A stretch of DNA of 52,734 bases from an uncultured archaeon (GCA_964534625.1 CAZHRF010000018.1:1-52734); one strand, 5' to 3'. Shown: positions 39,785-51,089, counted from the stretch's first letter. Notes: generated by a model not told the origin, from the letters alone. Made by a program: numbers and translations.

Positions 39785-40807
39785 ATGAAATTTAAATTGC
39801 ATGAAGCAGAATATTATGAAAAAAAGTCTGATTTGAAAGTTCAATGTAAGCTTTGTCCGAGATATTGCTTAATAAAACCGGGTATGTTAGGTGATTGCAA
39901 GGCTAGAAAAAATGTTGAAGGGACGTTATATGCCTTATGTTATAATCGTTTTACAGCAATCCATAGTGATCCAATAGAAAAAAAACCTCTGTATCATTTT
40001 AAACCTGGTTCATCTGTTATGAGTTTTGGTGCTGCGGGTTGTAATCTACATTGTGATTTTTGTCAGAATTGGCAGATTTCTCAAAGTTCTATTGAGGATT
40101 TACATTCAAATAAGGTTTCTCCTGAACAAGCTGTCCAGCTTACTGTCAAGAACGATTGTGAATCTATTGCCTATACATATAATGAACCTTTAATTAATTT
40201 TGAATGGATGCGAGATACATGCAAAAAGACGCAAGAGGAAGGAATATCCAATGTTCTTGTTTCAAATGGATTAATAAATACTGAACCACTAAATGAATTA
40301 ATACCTTGGTTAGATGCAATTAATGTAGATATGAAGGCCTTTAATGATGAATTTTATAAAGAATTAACGCATTTTCCAAGTTCAAAACAAATAAAAAAGA
40401 ATATCTTACATTTACATCGAGAAGGAGTACATATAGAATTAACCATGCTACTAATCCCCAATTATAATACTAGTGTTGACGAAATCAGACATTTTGCTTT
40501 ATGGGTATTGGAAAAATTAGATCCAATGGTACCTGTTCATTTTAGCCGTTTTTTCCCCCATTACAAACTAAAACATATATCACCAACCTCCCCTTCTAAA
40601 ATAAAGCAAGCCAAAAAAATCGCTGAAGATGTAGGGTTGAAATATGTTTATACTGGCAATCTTCATTGGGGCGAAGTTAATATCACTAGATGCCCCCATT
40701 GTAATGCTGAATTGATTAGCAGAGAATCATATAGAGTTACTATTAAACAACTGAATCCCGATGGGACTTGTAAATCATGTGGTTCACCTACTACTATAAG
40801 AATGTAA
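39785..40807 (+). CDS. amrS: AmmeMemoRadiSam radical SAM enzyme
   Basis: CKLCPRYC, DPIEKKPLYHF, GCNLHCDFCQNW, AYTYNEP, HFSRFFP, YVYTGN; likely start MKFKL. Confidence 0.93.
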   Translation: MKFKLHEAEYYEKKSDLKVQCKLCPRYCLIKPGMLGDCKARKNVEGTLYALCYNRFTAIHSDPIEKKPLYHFKPGSSVMSFGAAGCNLHCDFCQNWQISQSSIEDLHSNKVSPEQAVQLTVKNDCESIAYTYNEPLINFEWMRDTCKKTQEEGISNVLVSNGLINTEPLNELIPWLDAINVDMKAFNDEFYKELTHFPSSKQIKKNILHLHREGVHIELTMLLIPNYNTSVDEIRHFALWVLEKLDPMVPVHFSRFFPHYKLKHISPTSPSKIKQAKKIAEDVGLKYVYTGNLHWGEVNITRCPHCNAELISRESYRVTIKQLNPDGTCKSCGSPTTIRM

Positions 40808-40879
40808 AGTGAATCAACCAAGCAACCAATCATTTTTATTAATTAGTCTTAGGCTAAGGTTTATAATTCCAACTTTAAA

Positions 40880-42283
40880 ATGTCCCTTATTATGTTAGAT
40901 AAACTTGAAAAAGAGCTTAACAAGTTTGATCTTTCTGATAAACAGTTTGTTGATGTTCGTTATGCTTATAGTGCAGGAGAATCAGTTACTGTAAGAAATG
41001 GCAGATTTGATTCTATTAGTAATCTTACCATGGGTGGTATCGCCGTTCGAGCACTTATTAATAACGCATGGGGCTTCACAACCACTGTTAACACAGACTC
41101 AGACTCAATACACGAAGCGATTAAAAAAGCCATAAACATTGCAGAAATTAGCTCCAAATACGCAAAACAAGAAAGAGCCATCAATCCTGATTGGGTTTTT
41201 GAAGGAAAAGGACAAACTAAATTAAAAATCGATCCTCGAGATATCGACAAAGACACAAAATTCGAAAAATTAATCCTAACAGAAAAAACAGCTCGAGAAT
41301 ATTCCAATAAGATAGCCCAAGCAGTAATTTCTTATATTGAAACGCACAATAATGAATTTATCATTAACAACCGTGGTACACGTGTAGAAAACGAAACGCA
41401 TTCCATTCGCTTAATGAAGAATATAACTGGAAGAGAAGGGCAAGAAATGCAAAATGTATTCGATTCCATTGGAGGTACGGGTGGATGGGAACTCATAAAA
41501 CATTGGGATCCCGAAAAAGAAGGGCTTGAAGCAGCTCAAATGGCTGAAAAACTATTGACTGCTAAAAATCCCCCTAGTGGTAAAATGAATATTATTATGG
41601 ATCCTAGTTTAACTGGGGTCTTTATACATGAAGCCTTTGGTCATGCATGTGAAGCTGATGCTATAATAGCTGAAACATCTATTTTGGCTGGTAAAATCGG
41701 TCAACAAGTTGGAGTTGAGGGAATTACTATAATTGATGATCCTACTTTGCCTGGTCTAAGAGGTTCTTTTGAATACGATTCGGAAGGTACAAAAGCCAAG
41801 AAGAGATATTTAGTAAAACAAGGAGTTTTAAAAGAATACTTCCAAACATTAGAAACCGCAACAGCTTTAGGGGCTGACCCCAACGGATCAGGGAGAGCTC
41901 AAAACTTTAACAGTCCTCCTCTCGCTCGTATGGGGAATACCTATGTAGATGAAGGAGAGTTGACCTTAGAAGAATTAATAGAAGAAACGCAAAATGGCGT
42001 ATATCTAAAAAGTTCTTATGGTGGTTATGTTTCTCCCGCCAAAGGACAGTTTTATTTCACTTGCCAAATGGGTCATTATATTGAAAATGGTGAGTTAACT
42101 GATCTTATGGGTAATGTCGGAATGAGTGGCATGACGTTAGATGTCCTACAGAATGCATATGGGGTGAGTAAAAAGTGGGAACCTTCATTTCTTGGTACGT
42201 GTGGAAAAGGTGGCCAATGGATTCCTGTAACTGGTGGAGGGCCTAACATTGGTGTTAGCGATTTAGTCGTAGGAGGCAGATAA
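40880..42283 (+). CDS. tldD: TldD metalloprotease
   Basis: HEAFGHACEAD, DDPT, YDSEG, GSGRA, RMGNT, CGKGGQ. Confidence 0.95.
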   Translation: MSLIMLDKLEKELNKFDLSDKQFVDVRYAYSAGESVTVRNGRFDSISNLTMGGIAVRALINNAWGFTTTVNTDSDSIHEAIKKAINIAEISSKYAKQERAINPDWVFEGKGQTKLKIDPRDIDKDTKFEKLILTEKTAREYSNKIAQAVISYIETHNNEFIINNRGTRVENETHSIRLMKNITGREGQEMQNVFDSIGGTGGWELIKHWDPEKEGLEAAQMAEKLLTAKNPPSGKMNIIMDPSLTGVFIHEAFGHACEADAIIAETSILAGKIGQQVGVEGITIIDDPTLPGLRGSFEYDSEGTKAKKRYLVKQGVLKEYFQTLETATALGADPNGSGRAQNFNSPPLARMGNTYVDEGELTLEELIEETQNGVYLKSSYGGYVSPAKGQFYFTCQMGHYIENGELTDLMGNVGMSGMTLDVLQNAYGVSKKWEPSFLGTCGKGGQWIPVTGGGPNIGVSDLVVGGR

Positions 42284-42284
42284 G

Positions 42285-43634
42285 ATGAACGAAATAATAG
42301 ATTTACATTCTTTAGCAAAAAAAGCCATTAACATAGCCTTGGATCTGGGTGCTGATCAAGCTGAAAGCTACATTATTTATGGTGCATCTAAATCCATTCA
42401 AATTGAGCGTGGATATATACGCAATTTTACTGATAAAAGTAGTTCTGGTTTAGGCATACGAATTGTGAAAAACAATGCAGTAGGTATGGCTTCTACTACT
42501 ATCTTTTCTGATGATTCGATTAAGAAAACAGTAAAAGATGCATATAATCTTGCTTCAGCTATTCCAGCTGACGAAAATTTTCAATCACTTCCTACAGACA
42601 AAAGAGAGAGTAAGCCAATTTCTCGAACGTTTGATAACAATATTCTTGAGCTTGAAATAGAACAATTTACAGATATTATTCTTGAATCAGCAGAGCAAGC
42701 CAAAATCAAAAAAGACACGAATGTAAGCGGAAATTTCAGTGCTGGATGGGGTGAAAGATACATTCTTAATTCTCTTGGTATTGATAGACACACTAAATCT
42801 ACTTCAATTAGTGGATATTTACAAGCAAAAATTACTCAAGACGAGGATATAGGCAATGCATATTATTGGGATAATGCGTGTGAATTGAAAGAGTTTGATC
42901 ATATGAAAATAGGGAAAATAGCTGGTGAAAGAGCCATTAAAATGCTTGGAGCAAAAACAATTGAAACTAAAGAACTTCCCATTATTTTAGATCCAGAAAG
43001 CACTATGGGTACAATAAGTGCAATTATAGGCAATGGTATTGATGCATTTTCTATCTACAATCGTACAGCCTTTTTTGTTGATAAAATAGGAGATACAATA
43101 GCTAATGATAAGCTAACAATTATTGATGATCCATTCTATGAAGGTGGAACAGATTCTTCACCGTTTGATGATGAGGGAGTAATACCCCAGAAACTCACTT
43201 TAGTCAAAGATGGGGTATTACAGACATATATCACAGATTCGTATTCTGCCCCTCTTGTTGGACTAGATAATACGGGACACGCGTCAAGAAGTAGCTTTTC
43301 ATCTAAACCTTCACCTTCACCTTATGCTTTACAAGTATTGCCTGGTAAAGCAAGTCAAGAAGAAATGTTAAAAGACATGAAAGAAGGATTGTTTTTGATG
43401 AGTTCATCTATTCCACCTATGGGGTCTAATCCAAATATTTCAGCACAAGTTAATCAAGGATTTTATGTAAAAGATGGTGAAATTCAACACCCAGTTAAAA
43501 ATACAGTCATTGGTACAACAGTCTTTGAGATCCTAAATAAAATACAACTCTTATCAAAAGAAACAGTAAATCATAAAGGGCATATTGCACCTTCTATTAA
43601 ATTAGCTCCACTCAAAGTAAGTAGTGGAAACTAA
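42285..43634 (+). CDS. tldE: TldE/PmbA subunit
   Basis: GLGIR, DDP, PFDDEG, TGHASR; lacks HExxxH; coupled to tldD. Confidence 0.93.
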   Translation: MNEIIDLHSLAKKAINIALDLGADQAESYIIYGASKSIQIERGYIRNFTDKSSSGLGIRIVKNNAVGMASTTIFSDDSIKKTVKDAYNLASAIPADENFQSLPTDKRESKPISRTFDNNILELEIEQFTDIILESAEQAKIKKDTNVSGNFSAGWGERYILNSLGIDRHTKSTSISGYLQAKITQDEDIGNAYYWDNACELKEFDHMKIGKIAGERAIKMLGAKTIETKELPIILDPESTMGTISAIIGNGIDAFSIYNRTAFFVDKIGDTIANDKLTIIDDPFYEGGTDSSPFDDEGVIPQKLTLVKDGVLQTYITDSYSAPLVGLDNTGHASRSSFSSKPSPSPYALQVLPGKASQEEMLKDMKEGLFLMSSSIPPMGSNPNISAQVNQGFYVKDGEIQHPVKNTVIGTTVFEILNKIQLLSKETVNHKGHIAPSIKLAPLKVSSGN

Positions 43635-43651
43635 TACTCCCTTTCTTTTTT

Positions 43652-44608
43652 ATGCTTTTTAGGGTGATTACAATTAGACTCAAGGAAAGAGCTGTTTTTT
43701 TAGCTCCTTTATCTGCCTATAGTAATTATCCCTACCGCGTTGTTGCAACTCAAAACGGTGCAGATTATACAGTTACAGAAATGGTTAATGTGAATGGACT
43801 TTATTATCATTTTACCCGTACCTTTAATCCTCGTACTGGGGTCTTGATTTATACAGATGAACTTGAGAATAATGCAGGGATTCAATTATTCGGTAATGAT
43901 CCCCGCTTCTTTAAGAAAGCTACCAACATTGTAAATGAGAGGTTATCATTCAAATTCATTTCTCTTAATGCAGGATGTCCAAAGAATGCTATTACCACAA
44001 CAGGTGCTGGGGCAGACCTATTAAATAACATCAGCACCCTCAAAGCTATTATCGAATCAACAATCAATTGTACTAATTTGCCTGTTTCTCTCAAGTTACG
44101 TCTTGGTTATAATAGCATCAATATTTTTGATGTGCTAAAAGCAATTGAGGAGTATGATCTTTCATGGCTCACAGTTCATCTAAGATTGGCTTCTGAATCG
44201 TATAAAACACCTGTAAAAAAAGAACTATTGAACGAGGTAATACGCCACTCACCATTTCCAATTATTGCTAATGGAGATATACGTTCGCTCAATGATATAG
44301 AAACATATTTTGATAATGGTGCATATGGGGTAGCGATAGGGAGAGCAGCAATAGGTAATCCTTTTATTTTCTCTCGTAATAATGAACCAACCATCAGTGA
44401 TCGTATAACCGTCTTTAAACAATTCATTAAACTTGTAGAGAGACAAAAAAGCAAGAGCAAGAATGGTTTAGCTCTACGTTTCACTAAAGACTTTACCACC
44501 AAGCTCTTTCGTGATCTCCCCAATTCAAAAAAAACAAGAATGAAAATACGAGCTGTAAAAACTCTAAATGAATTGGAGAAACTTATTCTAGTTGAACTAT
44601 ATGATTAA
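43652..44608 (+). CDS. dus: tRNA-dihydrouridine synthase family protein
   Basis: LAPL, TEMV, QLFG, LNAGCP, GAGADLL, KLRLG, ANGDI, GRAAIGNP. Confidence 0.9.
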   Translation: MLFRVITIRLKERAVFLAPLSAYSNYPYRVVATQNGADYTVTEMVNVNGLYYHFTRTFNPRTGVLIYTDELENNAGIQLFGNDPRFFKKATNIVNERLSFKFISLNAGCPKNAITTTGAGADLLNNISTLKAIIESTINCTNLPVSLKLRLGYNSINIFDVLKAIEEYDLSWLTVHLRLASESYKTPVKKELLNEVIRHSPFPIIANGDIRSLNDIETYFDNGAYGVAIGRAAIGNPFIFSRNNEPTISDRITVFKQFIKLVERQKSKSKNGLALRFTKDFTTKLFRDLPNSKKTRMKIRAVKTLNELEKLILVELYD

Positions 44609-45066
44609 GATTCATCTGCAAAGTGAACTCGTGAATATCTTTTTTTTGCCTGTACAATTTGAGCAATTTGCCCTGTATGGTGATTTAGATGGTAAATGTA
44701 TTCATGTAACAATTCAGAGATATTCATTGTATATTCTTTAACACTAACCTCTCTCTGTAAATCTTCGTTTTTCAATTGGGCTATCTTTTGTTCATTAGAT
44801 TCTAACATCTTTTTTGTTTTAGTTATTAATTGTTCTATATTTAGCTCATGAAACTGTTTTTTTTGTTCATTCTGAATATTAAAAATCTCATTTAAAAACC
44901 ATGTCTGGTGGTTTAAGATATGCATGAGGATCTCTTTTATCGTTTTGCTAAACTCATTTATTTTCCATTCTAATACAGCTTCAGAAAGATTATTCAAATA
45001 ATCTAAATACGCAGTATGAGCATGTTTAGTAATGTTTAGATACACGTTGATAGCATAATCAACCAT
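44605..45066 (-). CDS. DinB family protein
   Basis: TIKEILMH and HLNHHTGQI. Confidence 0.85.
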   Translation of the reverse strand: MVDYAINVYLNITKHAHTAYLDYLNNLSEAVLEWKINEFSKTIKEILMHILNHQTWFLNEIFNIQNEQKKQFHELNIEQLITKTKKMLESNEQKIAQLKNEDLQREVSVKEYTMNISELLHEYIYHLNHHTGQIAQIVQAKKRYSRVHFADES

Positions 45067-45267
45067 ACATTACCAAAATTAAACAGATATATAATAGTTT
45101 AGAATATCCCATAAACCATCTGTTCTGCTTATATCATAACTTGTTTATGTACAGCATGAAAATAAAATATTTATTTGTATGCGAAATAGATGTGTCGCCT
45201 CTCATATACTAATCTACTAGAATTTTTTTACTATAAACACTTATATTATAGAAAGTTAAATACATTT

Positions 45268-46647
45268 ATGGGGTATCAGTTGAAAAGTTTTGAGGGGGTA
45301 TTGTCTTCCGATGTTGTTATTATTGGTGCTGGACCTGCTGGTCTTTCATTAGCAATAAATCTTGGTAAACGCAATATTTCTACATATCTGGTTGACAAAA
45401 AGAATAGATATAAAATTGGGACAAAAGTTTGTGGTGATATTCTCAGTAAAAACTTAACCCATAAACTTTGGAGCGTAGCAGGTATCAATAAACCATCAAT
45501 AAACCATGATGAACTTTGTGAGAGAATAACTTCATGTGTCTTTCATTTGAAAGGTTTAGATCCTATTACTGTTCAATATGAAACCTATTCAATTGATCGG
45601 TTAAAATACGGCCAAAGGTTACTTAATTCATTAATTGATTATCCATGGATAAAAATACTTCCAGAACATACTTTTATTGATTTAATTGTTAAAGAGAAAG
45701 CTATCAAAGGGGTTATAGTCAAGGATAAAAACAATCAAACTAAAAGAATAAAAACTAAAATAGTGGCTGATTGTTCAGGATTTAATGCCGTAGCTAGAAA
45801 GAAAATAATGCCAGATATTTCACCTTTTATCCCCCAGCACTTATCCGAAGAAGATATAATCATTGCACATAGACAAATATTGAAAACACAAACTTCTCAC
45901 AACTTTCAAAACAAGATGTTTTTATCACAAATTGACAATATTCCTAAAGGTTATTTTTGGATTTTCTCAAAGGGATCTCACTTACTAAATGTAGGTATTG
46001 GGGGATTGAAAACCAATATTTCATCTGACCAACTCAAACCTACTCTTGAATCTTTGAAGAAAGAGTATCTGGCTCATCTATCATACGAATGCATATCTTC
46101 ATCTGGAGGTAATTTGTCTGGTAGATTACCTCTTTATTCCTTAGTTGCTCCTGGTTTCATGCTTTGTGGTGATGCTGGGGCATTAGTTGAACCATTGAGT
46201 GGAGCTGGACATGGTAATGCATTGATAAGTGGATTATATGCAGCAATAATTATAGAAGAAGCACTATTGGCTAACGATTTTTCTAGTGAAACGCTTTGGA
46301 AGTATAACCGTTTAATATGGCATGAATTCGGAAAAGAGAATGCTATAGGTATAGGTATTTTCAAACTATTAGACAGTATTGATGCTAACGATTTTTCTGA
46401 TCTGTTTGCACGAAAAATTATAAATCAAGAGTTTATCGAACAATTGTTTCAATATGAGATAAGTAATGTTCCAATAAGAACAATTATCAAACTTGTATTT
46501 AACAAGCCAGTATTGTGCTTTTACCTAACTAAGATGTATTTTTATATTAAAAAATTGCAAAAGATGGCAATAAACTATCCACAAAAACCACAAAAGTTCA
46601 AACGCTGGTATAAAAAAATACGAAAATTAGAAAAAAAGACCCTTTAA
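45268..46647 (+). CDS. Geranylgeranyl reductase family flavoprotein
   Basis: IIGAGPAG, KVCGD, ADCSG, GYFWIF, NVGIG, GDAG..EPLSGAG; likely start MGYQ. Confidence 0.9.
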   Translation: MGYQLKSFEGVLSSDVVIIGAGPAGLSLAINLGKRNISTYLVDKKNRYKIGTKVCGDILSKNLTHKLWSVAGINKPSINHDELCERITSCVFHLKGLDPITVQYETYSIDRLKYGQRLLNSLIDYPWIKILPEHTFIDLIVKEKAIKGVIVKDKNNQTKRIKTKIVADCSGFNAVARKKIMPDISPFIPQHLSEEDIIIAHRQILKTQTSHNFQNKMFLSQIDNIPKGYFWIFSKGSHLLNVGIGGLKTNISSDQLKPTLESLKKEYLAHLSYECISSSGGNLSGRLPLYSLVAPGFMLCGDAGALVEPLSGAGHGNALISGLYAAIIIEEALLANDFSSETLWKYNRLIWHEFGKENAIGIGIFKLLDSIDANDFSDLFARKIINQEFIEQLFQYEISNVPIRTIIKLVFNKPVLCFYLTKMYFYIKKLQKMAINYPQKPQKFKRWYKKIRKLEKKTL

Positions 46648-46687
46648 AGGATACTAGTACTATTGTTCATACAGCTCATCCAGTATC

Positions 46688-46840
46688 TCATTTCAGATTT
46701 TCTCTCTCTATAATTTTACCATCTCGTAGGTATACAACCCTTTTCTTTGCTTAATTTTTTGATTAATTTTACAACAACAGTTACTGTCGGAGAATCTAAA
46801 TCCCCCGTTGGTTCATCAGCAAATAGTAGTTCACGATTTA
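46688..46840 (-). pseudogene. Remnant of LolD/MacB-type ABC ATPase C-terminus
   Basis: Minus strand reads ELLFADEPTGDLDSPT...KLSKEKG, then in another frame RVVYLRDGKIIE*; H-loop segment deleted, no N-terminus; not in ORF track. Confidence 0.8.
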
Positions 46841-47148
46841 CCTTAGTTAGGTAAAAGCACAAGGAGGGAAATCATCTGATCAAACAGAATGGCAATTTGA
46901 AATAAATTCATATGATGATTCAGAAAGAGCTTGGTGGTAACGTTTACTGGTTCGTTCTTCTTTTTTTTACGAACTTCAAAGTTCATTGTAACTTATCATT
47001 TTTTTTATGTTAATCATCTAACTGATTATATTTGTTGGCGGAGGGGGAAAGAGAAACTCCAAGGGGATATTTTTTTAATTTTCATTAAATTAGAGTTAGA
47101 GCAAAAGAAACCTTTTTTATGTTCTATTTTCTACTTTAGTACCTTTAT

Positions 47149-48363
47149 ATGGAATCAGAAGTTTTAACGATGATAATCATTGATGAGGGCGGTTTACCCC
47201 GCTATTTTATGAAGAATAATCAAACGACTGATCTAGACGATAATTCTGTACTCATCTCAGGGTTTGTTACTGCCTTTAGTAATTTTCTTTCTGAAGTTTT
47301 ACAATCTGAAAAAGAAATAATCCAATTCGCACAGCAAGAGTACGAAGGCATCATTGATAAATTAGAGTCGGGTTATTATTATACTGTCATAGGCAAAAAT
47401 CTCTTCAAAAATAGCCCTTTTATTTATGACCAATTTTTCCAATTTCTGGATATACATTTTGTTAAGAATAGTGAACGAAGTATTAATGAAGAATCTGAAC
47501 AAATACGCTCGTTAATTCACGAGATTATTTCTTCCGATTCCAACTATGAGTTGTTTGTTTCTCAAAAGACCCAAGGCCAATCGTTCTTATGGAGTGCTCA
47601 TTCTGCGACGACCTATGATTATATTGATGGAGTGAAGAATGTAAAAGAACTTTCTCTAACAACCGAAATAGGCGAAAGTGAAACCTTTGCAATCTTGAAA
47701 ATTTTTGAATGGCAACAAGCTGTGATATTGGATCTAGAACTTCGAGATTATATGATCTTTCAGAAAACTGATCAAGCCCTCTTACTTTCTAAAAGGCGTA
47801 CTGAGGAGAGTCAGCAGATGGAAGAATATTTCCCTGATGCTTTAAATCTTCTACGAGAAATAAATGGCGCTTATAATATTGGACAGTTGAAATCCCGCTT
47901 GTCAGATACCGATGTTGAGATGAATCTAACTATTTTGATTGAGCAAAATTTAGTAGAAACGATCTCCAACGAACAAACACTAAATATATTGATTTTTGAG
48001 TATCTACAGCTAATCTATTCGAGTTTAACGGACTATTTTGAAGTAGAGCGCGAAAAAATATTTGAAGAATTACGGAGGGAAACAAGTATCTTAACAGCCA
48101 ATTTGTTGAATCTAGATAGTTTTGGCTTGCATTCTGTAACGAAAATTAACAATTCACTTTATCAAATGGGCTATACTTTTGATGAAGTTTTAGAAAATTT
48201 TATGGAACTAATAGATTTTATCCATGATAAACTCCTTGAGATTTCCAAAGAGAAAACAGAACAACTTTTTGGGTTTGTTTTTTCCAATTTAATCGAGAAA
48301 CACAGTTTCACCTTGGAAAGGATGAATCTATTGAATATTCTATGCCCGGAAGAATATATCTGA
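47149..48363 (+). CDS. Longin-like N-terminal domain + winged-helix-like repeats protein
   Basis: IIIDEGGLPRY...LISGFVTAFSNFLSE; IDGVKNVKELS and INGAYNIGQL repeats. Confidence 0.7.
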   Translation: MESEVLTMIIIDEGGLPRYFMKNNQTTDLDDNSVLISGFVTAFSNFLSEVLQSEKEIIQFAQQEYEGIIDKLESGYYYTVIGKNLFKNSPFIYDQFFQFLDIHFVKNSERSINEESEQIRSLIHEIISSDSNYELFVSQKTQGQSFLWSAHSATTYDYIDGVKNVKELSLTTEIGESETFAILKIFEWQQAVILDLELRDYMIFQKTDQALLLSKRRTEESQQMEEYFPDALNLLREINGAYNIGQLKSRLSDTDVEMNLTILIEQNLVETISNEQTLNILIFEYLQLIYSSLTDYFEVEREKIFEELRRETSILTANLLNLDSFGLHSVTKINNSLYQMGYTFDEVLENFMELIDFIHDKLLEISKEKTEQLFGFVFSNLIEKHSFTLERMNLLNILCPEEYI

Positions 48364-48538
48364 TTTTATGATTTTAAAATAGATAGAATTGGACAAGAGA
48401 TTTTCAGTACTGACCCTTTTTTAAATCGAGCAGAAACACACATTAAGGAAATAGCAGAGCAAGGAATTTTATGTAATTCCATACATTTGTCTATTTACAT
48501 TGGAAAGAGAAACTTTTGCAGAAAATAAAAATCAAAAA

Positions 48539-49010
48539 TTATTTTTCTATTTCTATTCCAAACCAAGGTTCTGCTTTCATATCTTTCAAGAAGTATTCTC
48601 TGTCATCTTCTCTTTCTATACTTTTACTCGCTTCTAGCGCTTTCTTGAAATGCACTTGTGCCTTTTTTCTATTTTTGTTACAAGCATAAGGCCTAGCCAG
48701 CCCTTTATAAGAATATGCAAGGTCAAAACCTTTCAAGTTTGCTTTTTCTGTCCATTCTCCGCATTCTTTGGCGTGATAAAGTGAAGCTTCAGGTCTGTTT
48801 AATAAGGCATATATCCTTGCGAGTAACCATTCTCCCCGTTGGAAATTAACTTCTGATCCGATATATCCCCAATAGAGTCTTGAGGTATGAGCTAACCCTA
48901 TCATCTCATTTCTTTCTTCATCGGTTTTATTTTTACCCTTTTCTATTAATTGCCACGTTTTGTTAAAGCTATGTACAGCTTCTTATTTTTTTCTTCGTTT
49001 GATCATCCAT
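48539..49010 (-). pseudogene. Helical conserved hypothetical protein with 5' lesion
   Basis: Frame continues upstream of 48904 (AVHSFNKTWQLIEK...EM) to TAA at 48985; ATG at 49010 is out of frame across an A7 run. Confidence 0.65.
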
Positions 49011-49141
49011 ATCTATCATTGAAAACAACTTTTTTACATATAAAAAGCTGTTTCTTTCATTAGGTGTACTTGTTTCTTTATATACTCCCTAGGTTGTGAC
49101 GTGAAAGTGAAACATATAAAGGTTTGACTTTTAGAAGGATT

Positions 49142-49984
49142 ATGAATAAAGAAAAAAAGTTTGAAGAATTTATAGAGGCTAATAGGAAAAATTGGGATGC
49201 AAGAACTAAAGCACATATTAAAAGTGACTACTATAATCTTCAAGAGTTTGTAGAAAACCCTCAATCTCTCTCTTTTGTAGCAGATGAACATAAAGATTTG
49301 GGAGAAATAAAGGGTAAAAAAATACTGCATTTGCAATGTCACTTCGGGTTAGATACTCTCTCCTTATGTAGATTGGGAGCAGAAGCAACAGGGGTGGATA
49401 TATCCGGAGAGGCAATAACTTTTGCCCGACAAGTAAATGAACAAGTGGGATTGGAAGCCGAATTTATAGAATCGGATGTATATGACCTAAAAAAACATCT
49501 AAATGAGAAATATGACATAGTGTTTACGTCAGTAGGTATACTCTGTTGGTTGCCGGATTTAGAAAAATGGGCAGAAATGATCGAATATTATCTAAAACCA
49601 GGAGGGCTATTCTATATTAATGATGGACATCCTGTAAAAAATATTGTAGAAATAGATGAAGAGGATGAACAAAATCTGGTGTTGAAATATCCCTATTTTA
49701 GTGAAGGAAAAACCTATGAGTGGGATGAAGAGGGGACATATGCTGATCCAGAAGCAGAATTGGAACATACAAAAAATTACCAATGGGATCACACTTTGGG
49801 AGAAATAATAAATTCTTTAGCTCAAGCAAGATTGAAAATAGAAGAATTCAAAGAATATCCCTATTTAGCAGACAAAAGATACCCATGTATGGAAAAAGTA
49901 GAAAAAAATAGGTGGGTTCTAGCAGGAAAAATGAAAAACATGTTACCTCTATCATTCTCAATAAAAGCAAGAAAAGAGAGATAA
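49142..49984 (+). CDS. Class I SAM-dependent methyltransferase
   Basis: LHLQCHFGLDT, GVDIS, YDIVFTS, LKPGG, DGHP; likely start MNKEK. Confidence 0.92.
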   Translation: MNKEKKFEEFIEANRKNWDARTKAHIKSDYYNLQEFVENPQSLSFVADEHKDLGEIKGKKILHLQCHFGLDTLSLCRLGAEATGVDISGEAITFARQVNEQVGLEAEFIESDVYDLKKHLNEKYDIVFTSVGILCWLPDLEKWAEMIEYYLKPGGLFYINDGHPVKNIVEIDEEDEQNLVLKYPYFSEGKTYEWDEEGTYADPEAELEHTKNYQWDHTLGEIINSLAQARLKIEEFKEYPYLADKRYPCMEKVEKNRWVLAGKMKNMLPLSFSIKARKER

Positions 49985-50115
49985 AGAAAGATAAAAGGAA
50001 AAAGGACGTTTTTTGTGGAAAAAATTGAACATTGAACTTCTAAAATTCTAAAACTTATTTTATAGTTGATAAACTTAATATACTTAAGAAGCTCCTATTT
50101 GATGAGGAATAACTA

Positions 50116-50964
50116 ATGCCAGAAGAACAAAAGAAGGAAGAGAAACAAGAGGAAAAAAAGAAAGAAACAGTAAAGAAAGAATAAGAAAAGAGAGAAATAT
50201 ATACATCATTTGATATAGACTTGTGGGCAACAGGTTTACACGCAAGAAAAATAAAGATATTTAAGCATGAAAGAAGGGCAGCAAAAGACAGGCAGTGGTC
50301 GAAGGACTCCAATTTAATAGGAATAGTAGAAAGAGATGGCAAAGAATGGGGGCCAATAGCGTATAGAGAAAGTGAATGGAACAATGATCGAGACGACCAT
50401 TTGAAGAGCAAATTAGTAATAAAAGCATTTACACCAAGCGATTACTGGAGAGGATCAATTGAACTACAAATGGGCACAACCGTTATGCTTTCAAGTGTAG
50501 CAAATGAACCTACGCCAGCATTTATCGTGAATTATGACGGATCACAATATGTTACCCGGATTCAAAAAGTACCACATAAAAACTTCTTTTCAACAAGAGG
50601 TGAGGTATGGGGCTTTGACTTGTTATTGGATGATGAAGTAAAAACCTTTGAAATAGATGACAACCGCTTTACTTTAGGCACTGATTTTTACGTTAAAGAT
50701 ATTAATAATCTTTTAGTAGCCCGAATAGACGGCAAGCTTTGGAATGTGTGTGGTCGCTATACTATTGAGATTTATGATAAAGATTTAGCCAAAGACAAAC
50801 GTTTCTATATCACGTTGGTGCTGTTCACGGCTACAATAGAATTTCTAGACTCAATAAAGGAAAAGATCAAACTCCTTGTAAATAATCTACAAAGAGGAGA
50901 AAAGCTGGTTCTTGAAAGCTCTGAAAAGGAATTGTACTTTAATCCTAGGCGAATGACTGATTAA
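50116..50964 (+). pseudogene. LURP-one/tubby/scramblase-like protein, paralog 1, interrupted by in-frame TAA
   Basis: ATG 50116 in frame with ORF 50221; TAA at 50182-50184 in E/K-rich leader; homology to paralog 2 extends upstream of 50221 (FDIDLW vs FNVDIW). Confidence 0.75.
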
Positions 50965-51089
50965 TTCCTAGTTCTTATTTTGAGATTTTTTTGTTCTACA
51001 TATTAGAACATCTTCTATTAGGTTCTAAGTGCTTGTTCATTGATAACGTTAATAAAAGGGTACAAACATCTTTTATTTGAAGATAGATT

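Noticed and set aside
46826-46834. GTAGTTCAC resembling a second IS200/IS605 end
   Set aside because: No preceding hairpin; it is the reverse complement of codons in the ABC ATPase remnant.
46931-47167. 78-aa ORF upstream of the longin-like gene
   Set aside because: Weak start, Phe-rich composition from T-rich intergenic DNA, overlaps the next gene's start.
50182-50184. Stop-codon recoding (Sec/Pyl or alternative code)
   Set aside because: The codon is TAA, which terminates many genes in the window; no SECIS or pyl evidence.
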